A stretch of 64,000 nt of DNA from NCBI GenBank assembly GCA_038231455.1, contig JBBRLI010000001.1, positions 160,001-224,000 on the forward strand. Direction: 5' to 3'. This document shows, piece by piece, positions 8,990-17,424 of this stretch. The position numbers were made by a program, and so were the translations under genes. Each line of letters opens with the position of its first letter. Positions within the stretch are counted from its first letter, which is position 1. A model generated the notes under the pieces. It was not told the origin of the DNA, searched no databases, and saw only the letters and a list, made by a program, of their open reading frames with translations. This stretch comes from Vulcanimicrobiales bacterium. Lineage in GTDB: Bacteria; Vulcanimicrobiota; Vulcanimicrobiia; Vulcanimicrobiales; Vulcanimicrobiaceae.

Positions 8990-11626
8990 ATGCATTTCCT
9001 TCGCCGCGCGCTCGTTACGAGTCTAGTTGTCCTTGGGATTATTCTTGGAATTGGGAGGACCGAAGCCGAATCAACAAATCTCGATCGGTTCGATTTTAGT
9101 GCGCAAAATGAGACGGTTCGCTCGGTTCTTCTTCGGCTCGCACGCGTTCACAACGCGAGCATTGTTGTTTCGCAGGGAGTTACGGGTTACGTCACGCTCT
9201 CGCTAAAAAACGTTACGCTGCGCGATGCGCTTACGGCGATTCTTGAGCCGATCGGCGATACATACCAAGTTCGTGGAAATGTCTACGTCGTAAAAGCCGG
9301 CGCGTCAGTTTCCCTCGATGGCGCCGCTACGACGGCCCCGACGGTCTTAGCACTCTCGATCATTCCCGCAAAGGTTGGCCGCGAGGTTCTTAAACCGCTT
9401 TTTCCTTCTGCGGAGATACGGGTCGACGCACGTGCAAATGCGCTGGTCATCGTTGCGCCACCCTCAGATCTACAGTCGATGCGGACGGTTCTTCAGGGCA
9501 TTGACGTAAAGAATCCAACCGCCGATACGACCGAAGCGCTCTCGCTTCGAACTGCGAGTGGTGTTTCGCTGACCTCTCGACTACGCGCGGCATTCCCAAA
9601 GGCGAAATTCTTACCGGTTGGCTCCCGCCAGCTTTTGATTACCGCAACGCCAAATGAACTCACGCAAATTAAGGCCGCGGTCGCAGCGCTCGACACGCCG
9701 CCGCCTCAGCCGACCTCGATCACCGTAAATTCTGAAGCCGTCCGCTTGAACGTTCGCGCTCCGAGCGATGTTGCACGTTCTGTCGTCTCTCAGATACCTG
9801 GCGTGCGCGCCTCCGTTGCTGGCGGCGCGGTCGTGCTCTCCGGACCAACGGAACTCGTCTCGCGCGCGAAAGCTCTCATCGTGCAGCTCGACGTTCCGAA
9901 TTTTGGCGATCGCTATACACAAATTTATCGCGTCCGGACGGTCGATGCGACCTCCGTCGCCGACCTTCTCCGACGGAGTATTCGCAACATCGATGTTAGC
10001 GTCGATGCCTCACTCAATGCCCTAGCTATAAATGCAACCGCTGCGGACCACGCGCGGATCGCCGAGGCGATCGCACAGTTTGACGCGCCGGCCTCGACGG
10101 CGTCAACGAGTTTTTCCGGTATGCCTTCGACCGGTTCGAACGGATCCTCCGAGGTGATAACGTTAAAATCGTATATTCCCGGACAGGGGCAAGGCGCAAC
10201 CGACGCGGTCACTTCTATCTCTGCGGCTTTGCTTATCGCCGTCCCAGACGTAAAAGTAGCGCAGCTTCCGACGCCCGGTCAGATCGTCATTATGGGATCC
10301 CCGGCGAGTGTTCGCACGGCCCACGAATTCATCAATAAGGTGGACTTGATTCCACCGCTCGTCGTCTTAGATACGGAAGTTCTCGAGATAGACGAAAGCG
10401 TAGCAAAAAATCTCGGTGTGCAACTCGGCACCGCTGCTATTACGAGCCAATTTACGGAACAACAACCTCAAGCGACCGACGGTGCGACGCCGCGGCTCGG
10501 TCGCTTTCAAGCGTTGACGCGAACGCCGATCCAGTTTACGGCTCAGCTAAACTTGCTGATACAAAACGGCAAAGGGCGCGTTTTGGCCGATCCGCGCATC
10601 ACGACACTCTCGGGACACACCGCCACCATCCGCGCAGGCGACACGATTTCGATTCTGACTACGACGTCGGGCAACGCCGGGACAATTGCTACGACCCAGG
10701 TCCAGAGTTTCCAAACCGGCGTCACGCTCGATATTACGCCGTCGGTTACCCCCGATGGGGACATTATGGTGAGCCTACACCCGGTCGTGAATAGTCTTAT
10801 TGGCACAAATAACGGCGTTCCGGAGATTAGTACCCGTGATACCCAGACCACGGTCCATCTGCGCGATGACGAGACGCTAGTTATTGGCGGCCTCATCCAA
10901 GAGAACGAAACGCGGACAACGACCCGAATACCGTTTCTTGGAAACCTTCCGGTAATCGGTCGCGCTTTCCGCAACGACAACGTTCAAGGGCAGCGCAACG
11001 AGCTGATCATCGTCGTCACACCACATGTCGTGAAGCCGGGGACAACCGTACCGGGGCCTCGTCTCACCACATTCCCCTCGCCGCAGCCGCTACCAACGTT
11101 GCCGCCCACCGCGCAACTCCCCCCGCCCGTGGGTCAGCTTCCACGAACGGTACCGGTTCCAAGCCCAACCACGTTGCGGTCCGCGGCAAGCACGCAAATG
11201 AATCCGGCATCGCCGATGGCGAGCGGCACTGCCGCCGCTTCCCCGACACCGCAATCGCCGTCGCCAAGCGGTCTTTTACAAACAAATGTATTTGTGTTCG
11301 GCTCGCCGCCGCAAAGTAATTTTGCCAAGCCTACCGATGTCGTACAAATTCTCTATTGCACGCTATCGCCAACCGTCGCAGCGACGAATGGAACGCCGGT
11401 AAAAATCGCGGTCGTCACCACCTCAAACGCGAACGCCGTTCGCCTCATGATCGGCTCGCAAAGCGTGAACCTTGCACAAACGGGAATCGGACAGTGGCAA
11501 GCGTCGTTCCCATTCCCGACAACCGCGATTCCTGTGGGCCAGAGCAGCATTACGGCAACACTTCTGGCCCTTCGTATAGACGGCAGCAGCGCCAGCATTC
11601 CGATTTTGCTTTCGCTGGCTCCGTGA
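8990..11626 (+). CDS. Secretin (GspD/PilQ superfamily) with STN and multiple N-domains, Pro-rich linker and extra C-terminal domain
   Basis: Signal peptide MHFLRRALVTSLVVLGIILGIGRTEA. STN-like VTGYVTLSLKNVTLRDAL; N-domain motifs VDARANALVI and VDASLNALAI; secretin core GKGRVLADPRITTLSGHTATI, TGVTLDITPSV, LVIGGLIQE, IPFLGNLPVIGRAFR, RNELIIVVTPHVV. Start uncertain (GTG 8957 alternative). Confidence 0.9.
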   Translation: MHFLRRALVTSLVVLGIILGIGRTEAESTNLDRFDFSAQNETVRSVLLRLARVHNASIVVSQGVTGYVTLSLKNVTLRDALTAILEPIGDTYQVRGNVYVVKAGASVSLDGAATTAPTVLALSIIPAKVGREVLKPLFPSAEIRVDARANALVIVAPPSDLQSMRTVLQGIDVKNPTADTTEALSLRTASGVSLTSRLRAAFPKAKFLPVGSRQLLITATPNELTQIKAAVAALDTPPPQPTSITVNSEAVRLNVRAPSDVARSVVSQIPGVRASVAGGAVVLSGPTELVSRAKALIVQLDVPNFGDRYTQIYRVRTVDATSVADLLRRSIRNIDVSVDASLNALAINATAADHARIAEAIAQFDAPASTASTSFSGMPSTGSNGSSEVITLKSYIPGQGQGATDAVTSISAALLIAVPDVKVAQLPTPGQIVIMGSPASVRTAHEFINKVDLIPPLVVLDTEVLEIDESVAKNLGVQLGTAAITSQFTEQQPQATDGATPRLGRFQALTRTPIQFTAQLNLLIQNGKGRVLADPRITTLSGHTATIRAGDTISILTTTSGNAGTIATTQVQSFQTGVTLDITPSVTPDGDIMVSLHPVVNSLIGTNNGVPEISTRDTQTTVHLRDDETLVIGGLIQENETRTTTRIPFLGNLPVIGRAFRNDNVQGQRNELIIVVTPHVVKPGTTVPGPRLTTFPSPQPLPTLPPTAQLPPPVGQLPRTVPVPSPTTLRSAASTQMNPASPMASGTAAASPTPQSPSPSGLLQTNVFVFGSPPQSNFAKPTDVVQILYCTLSPTVAATNGTPVKIAVVTTSNANAVRLMIGSQSVNLAQTGIGQWQASFPFPTTAIPVGQSSITATLLALRIDGSSASIPILLSLAP

Positions 11627-11920
11627 CTACCTAGTTCGAATCTTTTTCGCCAGAAGCGCCACGGATTTTTCGAGTTCACTTACGCGCTCACTCAGCGTTC
11701 TTGATGCCTTGCCTTCGTCACTACCCAAAGCAAGGTACCGAACGTCGACATCGAGGGCTTCTGCAAGACGAAGACCGACGACGAGACTCGCACTCTTCGT
11801 CTGACCTGACTCCATTTGGCGAATGGCCCCTTCGGTAACACCCACCATGTGCGCAAGGGCACTTGGTGTTAGCTCCGCGTCGACGCGAAGTCGGCGCAAT
11901 CGATCCCCAAAGGTCTCCAT
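11627..11920 (-). CDS. XRE-family helix-turn-helix transcriptional regulator
   Basis: METFGDRLRRLRVDAELTPSALAHMVGVTEGAIRQMESG..LAEALDVDVRYLA. Its stop codon abuts the secretin stop. Confidence 0.85.
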   Translation of the reverse strand: METFGDRLRRLRVDAELTPSALAHMVGVTEGAIRQMESGQTKSASLVVGLRLAEALDVDVRYLALGSDEGKASRTLSERVSELEKSVALLAKKIRTR

Positions 11921-12179
11921 GGCTCGCGCCTTGCGCGCTGCGGGCATCTGATCCCGCCTGCGTCGAGGTATAGTTTAGGACGAAGGGCTTGATTTCAATG
12001 CGACGAAGGGGCACATCGCTACCGCTTTCCGGGTGTATTTTGATGAACGATTATCAGCCAAACTTGCCAAGGACTCGGACTGGTTCCTTGACTAGGACCA
12101 GTATTAAATTCATGGCTTTCGCAACTCGGCTAGTGCCGTTTTGGGGCAACGGATGCTGAGAGATACCGCTCCCTCGTAC

Positions 12180-12443
12180 ATGGACGACGGTGACACGGAA
12201 GAAGTGTCCGACAATCTTGGAACGCGCCTCCAGAACGATCTAAAGGACGGGCTAGCGAGTTTAGGCTTAGAGCTGGTCGTAGAAGACAGTATCGGCGTTA
12301 TCGCCCTGCGCGTGGTAAACGATAACAACGTCGGTACTGCTTACCTCGAAATTCGCGACGGTGGCTTACAGATTCGGGTAATCCTCGCAAACGATCAAAA
12401 CGTTGAAATCGCGGGTGCTCGGCGCGCAGGATCAGCGGCATAA
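12180..12443 (+). CDS. Small hypothetical protein
   Basis: Only plausible ORF between the XRE and TPR genes; no recognisable motif; start uncertain (12141 possible). Confidence 0.4.
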   Translation: MDDGDTEEVSDNLGTRLQNDLKDGLASLGLELVVEDSIGVIALRVVNDNNVGTAYLEIRDGGLQIRVILANDQNVEIAGARRAGSAA

Positions 12444-12499
12444 GCGAAGGCACTCGCTGCGCAGCGGACGCGAAATTCGCCGTCTATCTCACCCTTGTC

Positions 12500-13741
12500 T
12501 TGAGCTGGATGTTGTTTTGGGCAGCGCCGGCCGCGGCTGAAAAGACGATCTTCTCCGCGCCGATTAACCACAACGAACTGGGGAATCAAGCAGCCGAACG
12601 CGGCGACCTTCCCACAGCTCTTGCCGAATACACACGGGCCATCATACAAACGCCGGATATTCCGGAACCGCTATACAATCGCGCGGTGACGTATTCGAAA
12701 TTGCATCGTGATTCGGAAGCCCTTGCCGATGCGCTTGGAACCATCAAGATAGCGCCGCTTTTCTCCGAAGGGTTCGCACTGTGCGCACGACTCTATCGCG
12801 ACGCCGGCGACCTGGAAAAAGCCGATCGTTCGATCGAGGGCGCGCGATCGCTTCAGCCTGAGCGAGCCGCGTATGCCGTCCTTGCGGCCGACATCCGTGA
12901 GCGTGAACATCGGATTTCCGACGCAGCTTCGTTGCTTGCGACGGTCGTCGCAAAGGACCCACGCGATAGCGAGTCCACTTACAATTTGGCACGGCTGCGA
13001 ATCGAGCAACATCGCGATGCCGAAGCCGTTCCGCTTCTCAAGCGCTACGCGACGCTCGTTCCAGGCGCCACCGACGTCATCACGCTCGTCCCAGAGATCT
13101 ATCTCAACGCAAATCGTCCGGTCGACGCGCTAGACTGGCTCGATCATCATCCCGAGAAAAGCGAGAGCGCGATCGACAATCGCGCCCGCGCGCTTCTGAT
13201 GCTTGGCAGAAAATCAGAAGCGGCCGTTCTGCTTGCCGAAAATCCAATTGCAGTTTCGACGTATCGAGAGCGCGTTCGCGGCGATCTTGAACTCCGTGCC
13301 GGTGATTGTCCGGCAGCAGAAAACCACTATGCGGCAGCAAGCGCGAATCTCAAGCCGACGACCGCGGCCACGCGCGAAGAGAACTTCTCTACCTGGAGAA
13401 ACTTTGCTGTTGCACATATCTGCGCCAATCATGCGCAACAGGCGATCGCGGCGCTCGACAATGCTTTAGTAATCGAGCCATCAGACGCGCTCGCACTCCG
13501 CTACCGAGCCGATGCACGCCGGGCCAGTGGCGACATCCCAGGTGCAATTGCCGATGCGACGCGAGCCCTGGCCCACGATCCAAAGGACGCGAACCTCCTG
13601 ATGATGCTTGGAGTCGACGAGTACCGGACCGGCAAACACGCTCGGGGCGCCGCACACTACAGACTTGGATGCGACCTTCTCGCGAGTGACGAAACCGTGA
13701 AGCGAGCGGCCTGCGCGCAGCAACTTCCAAAAATGCAGTAA
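12500..13741 (+). CDS. Tetratricopeptide-repeat protein, probably exported
   Basis: Repeated TPR units (ALAEYTRAIIQTPDIPEPLYNRA, AIAALDNALVIEPSDALALRYRA, AIADATRALAHDPKD). Hydrophobic leader ending AAPAAA-EK; start uncertain. Confidence 0.8.
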   Translation: MSWMLFWAAPAAAEKTIFSAPINHNELGNQAAERGDLPTALAEYTRAIIQTPDIPEPLYNRAVTYSKLHRDSEALADALGTIKIAPLFSEGFALCARLYRDAGDLEKADRSIEGARSLQPERAAYAVLAADIREREHRISDAASLLATVVAKDPRDSESTYNLARLRIEQHRDAEAVPLLKRYATLVPGATDVITLVPEIYLNANRPVDALDWLDHHPEKSESAIDNRARALLMLGRKSEAAVLLAENPIAVSTYRERVRGDLELRAGDCPAAENHYAAASANLKPTTAATREENFSTWRNFAVAHICANHAQQAIAALDNALVIEPSDALALRYRADARRASGDIPGAIADATRALAHDPKDANLLMMLGVDEYRTGKHARGAAHYRLGCDLLASDETVKRAACAQQLPKMQ

Positions 13742-13786
13742 GATCGTCTACAAAGGTCGGGCACGGTCGCGGCGAACGCCTTCGAC

Positions 13787-14746
13787 GTGTCGACGGTCGT
13801 TCGTTTTCCGCCCACGTTTTTTGGCATCGCGTTCGGGCTCTTCGGTCTTGCACGCGTCTGGAGAGAGGCCGCGCCTGCGTTCGGTCTCCCGATCGTCTTC
13901 GGCGATTCGCTCGCACTTCTGGCTGGTGCGATCTACCTCGGATTGCTGGCTGCGCTCATCGCAAAGGCGATGGTGGCGCCTGCGAAGATTCGATCGGAGC
14001 TAACGCATCCGATCTTGGGAGCTTTCTACGCGCTGGTACCGATCGACGCACTGCTTTTTGCGCTCAATCTGCGCTCGATACTCGGTCCATCGGCTCTCCC
14101 GATCGTGGTCGTCGCTCTTGCCGTTGGAAGCATCTATGCGAGTTGGATCACCGCGTCGTGGATCGCGCGTGTCGATCGCAAGCCTGACGATCTGAACTAC
14201 GGGTATTTTCTTCCGACGGTTGCGATGGGCTTGATCGGTGGCGACTCCCTCGCGGTCCTCGGATACCCGGCGGTCGGCACGATGTATTTTGGCGTCGGCA
14301 CGATTAGCTGGGTCATCTTGGCATCGATCTTTGCTTATCGCGCGATCGCAGGTGCACCACGCATCGGCGCGGCCTTACTGCCGACCCTCGCGATCGAGCT
14401 GGCACCTGCGGCCGTCGTCGGAAACGCTTACCTTTCCATCACCGGAGGGCACAACGGCATGATCGTCCTGGCGCTTGCGGGCTATGCGGCATACACGGTG
14501 CTTCAGCAACTTTTCCTCATTCCAATGTATCGTGTCGCGCCATTTTCGCCTGGCTTTTGGGCGTTTACGTTTCCGTGGGCAGCGTCGGCGACATTTGCAA
14601 TTCGCACGAGCGTCATCGCTCATGATGCCGTCGCCTCGGCGGTCGCAATCGTTCTCGCAACTGGCGTAACGGTGCTTATTCTTGGGATCGGCGTGCGCTC
14701 GCTCATCGCGATCGGTCGCGGGACATTCGTCCCAAAGCCAACGTAG
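13787..14746 (+). CDS. TDT/SLAC1 (TehA-like) family membrane transporter
   Basis: FPPTFFGIAFGLFGLA, YFLPTVA, LLPTLAIELAP and FSPGFWAFTFPWAA motifs; about 10 hydrophobic segments. Confidence 0.85.
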   Translation: MSTVVRFPPTFFGIAFGLFGLARVWREAAPAFGLPIVFGDSLALLAGAIYLGLLAALIAKAMVAPAKIRSELTHPILGAFYALVPIDALLFALNLRSILGPSALPIVVVALAVGSIYASWITASWIARVDRKPDDLNYGYFLPTVAMGLIGGDSLAVLGYPAVGTMYFGVGTISWVILASIFAYRAIAGAPRIGAALLPTLAIELAPAAVVGNAYLSITGGHNGMIVLALAGYAAYTVLQQLFLIPMYRVAPFSPGFWAFTFPWAASATFAIRTSVIAHDAVASAVAIVLATGVTVLILGIGVRSLIAIGRGTFVPKPT

Positions 14747-14790
14747 CAGAGTAAGCGAGCCCGCGTGATTTGATCGGGTATCAAACGCAA

Positions 14791-14961
14791 ATGAAACGCA
14801 CGCTCACCTCTTTGACGGCTGGAGCAATGTTGGCCAAGCTTGCCGCCGACCGCAAAGCGAACACCGTCCCCGTAGCGCCGATCGAAGACGTCCATCCATT
14901 CCCGAAGCCCGTCATCATCGACGAGCGTAAGGCGCCGAAAATGGATATCGCAGCGCCCTAA
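14791..14961 (+). CDS. Small hypothetical protein (56 aa)
   Basis: Fills the intergenic gap and has protein-like codon usage; no family recognised. Confidence 0.45.
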   Translation: MKRTLTSLTAGAMLAKLAADRKANTVPVAPIEDVHPFPKPVIIDERKAPKMDIAAP

Positions 14962-15024
14962 AAGCCGGGACTGGGACGCGCCGCGATGTTAATCTTGGCT
15001 TAAAGCATTGTCTCTACGCTAGAG

Positions 15025-17421
15025 ATGATGCAACGATCGATCCGTTCTGTTCTTTCTGCGACGGCGCTTGTCGGGCTGCTGGCTACGAGCGCGCAGGCCG
15101 CGACGCTCGTTCCCGACGGACGCGCCATCTCGCCGACTGGCTTTACAATTCCCGTCGAAGGCTTCGCAGCGGCATCCGCGCTCTCGCCCGATGGGAAGTG
15201 GCTCGCGGTGCTCTCGACCGATGGCGGTGCGATCGACATTGTCAGCACGGGAAAATCGATGCTTGTCGAGCGCCTCTCCGCGAGCAGCGCATCCGGCCTA
15301 GCCTGGACGACCGACGGTTTATTCGTTACGCGCGGCTACACCGGAACGATCTCGCGCTTCTCCTACGATATAGCCGCCGGCAAAGCGACGTTTCCCAAGC
15401 GCGCCGACATCAAGCTAGCGGCGGGCCTTGCAAATGGAATTGTCGAGGACCCGACCTCACATACGATCGTGGTCGCGCGCACGGCCGAACATACCGTCCT
15501 CGTCATCGACGATACGAGAGGGGCCATCGTCCGCACGTTGCAAGCATCTGACGAACCCTACGGCGTCGCGCTCGTTGGAGATACGATCGTCGCGTCACTG
15601 TATAATACGGATCACGTGGATGCTTGGCGAGCCGGAGCGACCGACGCCGTGCACGTTCCGACGGGCGCGCATCCTACGCAAATGCTGGTTGACGGCGGAC
15701 GCGTGTTTATTGCCAATGCCGACGGCCGCGATGTCGTCGCGATCGATGGGACTACGCTTGCGGTGAGCAAACGTTTCGATCTGAGCATCGGTGCCGACGC
15801 CCCACCCGGGCAAACGCCCGCCGGCATGGCGATCTCAGGTGATAAGACGATGCTCTTCGTTGCGGAGTCGGGCTTCAACGATGTCGCCGTCATTGATATT
15901 GCCTCCGGCCGCACGCTCGCGCGCATTCCAACGGCGTGGTATCCAACGGCACTCGCTTTCGTATCGAATACGACGGTCGGCAAGAAAGACGCACGCGTCA
16001 AAGCGCAGCTTTGGATTACCTCGGCCAAAGGTCTGGGCTCCCAAGCCGATCCTGCTGGCGAGTGGAACGGCACGTATACCGGCCTTGTGCAGCACCTCGT
16101 GGTCGAACCGAACCGCTTCGCCGAGTGGAGCGCGCAAGTCGCTCGCAACGATAAATTCTCCGCGCCTGCAAGCGCACGGCGGCTCCCGCCGATCAAACAC
16201 GTCGTCGTGATCGTGCGTGAGAATAAACATTTCGATGAGGAATTCGCCGACGAACCCGGTGCAAACGTCGATCCTGCGCTCCTGCTCTACGGCAAAAAGT
16301 ACACACCGAATGGGCACGCACTGGCCGAGCGTTACGCCTTACTCGACAACTTCATGTCCGATGGGGAAGCGAGCATCTTTGGGCACGCCTGGGACGTCCA
16401 GGGAATGGCAAACGACTACCACGAGCGCAATGCGCACGTGCGCGATGCCGGTTCGCCCGAGGTGCACGCGCGCGTCGCGTGGTCGATCTGGCCGTACGCG
16501 CAATCGGGCGAGGACGTCCTCACCTCGGCCGATATGGACTTCGATTGGCTCCACGATCTGAGCGCACTCCCGAAAGGCCCGCGCGTCAACGTCAGCGCCG
16601 TCTTCGGTCCGCGCGGCGAACTCATCGACGAACTTCAACGTCGAAGCGTGAGCTTTCGGGTCTACGGCGAGCAAATGACGATGCGCGCCGACGGCACAAT
16701 CGTGCCGGGTCTTGCCGCGCACGGCCTCGCGACGTATCCCGGCGTCCACATCGACTTCGGCGTGCTTGATACGGATCGCGCGAAGATGTTTCTCGCTGAC
16801 GTCAAAGCGCAGGGTGGGCTATCGGCCTACACGTTTCTCACCTTGCCGACCGATCACACAACCGGGATGAAGCCCGGCTTCTATACACCCGTCTCGTACA
16901 TCGCCGACAACGACGTCGCAACGGGTCAGATCATCGCCGGTCTCTCGAAGCGTCCGGAGTGGCGCGACACCATCGTCATCGTGCTGCCCGACGACGCCCA
17001 GGGCACCGGCGACCACGTCGATAGCCATCGCATGCCCGTCTTCATCGCCGGGCCGTACGTACGCCGCGCGTTCGTCGATCACACGCGCTACAGCGTCCCC
17101 TCGGTGCTGCGCACCGTCGAAATGCTCTTTGGCGTACGCCCGCTCAACATCTACGATGCATCCGCAACACCGCTGTTCAACGCGCTCGCGAAACAGCCGC
17201 AGACAACCGCCTATGTGCCGCTTCCTGCGAACGTTCCGATCGTGAAAAACCCGGGGACCGCGACGGCGTATTCTTTCGACATCGACGGTGGCGACTCGTC
17301 CGACATTCCAAACCAAGAGTGGCAATCACTCAAAGGCAACGCGTCCCTTGACGCACATCTCGCGTACGTGAAACGGCTCGACCCCCGCGCCGTCGCCGTC
17401 CACGCTAGCGACGAACGCTAA
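15025..17421 (+). CDS. Secreted YVTN/YncE beta-propeller fused to a phosphoesterase (alkaline-phosphatase-like) domain
   Basis: Signal peptide; propeller repeats (LSPDGKWLAV, VPTGAHPT, RIPTAWYPT); PPIKHVVVIVRENKHFD, LPTDHT and DDAQGTGDHVDSHR motifs. Confidence 0.8.
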   Translation: MMQRSIRSVLSATALVGLLATSAQAATLVPDGRAISPTGFTIPVEGFAAASALSPDGKWLAVLSTDGGAIDIVSTGKSMLVERLSASSASGLAWTTDGLFVTRGYTGTISRFSYDIAAGKATFPKRADIKLAAGLANGIVEDPTSHTIVVARTAEHTVLVIDDTRGAIVRTLQASDEPYGVALVGDTIVASLYNTDHVDAWRAGATDAVHVPTGAHPTQMLVDGGRVFIANADGRDVVAIDGTTLAVSKRFDLSIGADAPPGQTPAGMAISGDKTMLFVAESGFNDVAVIDIASGRTLARIPTAWYPTALAFVSNTTVGKKDARVKAQLWITSAKGLGSQADPAGEWNGTYTGLVQHLVVEPNRFAEWSAQVARNDKFSAPASARRLPPIKHVVVIVRENKHFDEEFADEPGANVDPALLLYGKKYTPNGHALAERYALLDNFMSDGEASIFGHAWDVQGMANDYHERNAHVRDAGSPEVHARVAWSIWPYAQSGEDVLTSADMDFDWLHDLSALPKGPRVNVSAVFGPRGELIDELQRRSVSFRVYGEQMTMRADGTIVPGLAAHGLATYPGVHIDFGVLDTDRAKMFLADVKAQGGLSAYTFLTLPTDHTTGMKPGFYTPVSYIADNDVATGQIIAGLSKRPEWRDTIVIVLPDDAQGTGDHVDSHRMPVFIAGPYVRRAFVDHTRYSVPSVLRTVEMLFGVRPLNIYDASATPLFNALAKQPQTTAYVPLPANVPIVKNPGTATAYSFDIDGGDSSDIPNQEWQSLKGNASLDAHLAYVKRLDPRAVAVHASDER

Positions 17422-17424
17422 GAA

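Noticed and set aside
3359-12447. 7-bp direct repeat TAAGCGA at 3359-3365 and 12441-12447 bracketing the Rhs-secretin island (possible target duplication)
   Set aside because: Too short, includes stop codons at both sites, and no recombinase is nearby; cannot be separated from chance without an empty-site genome.
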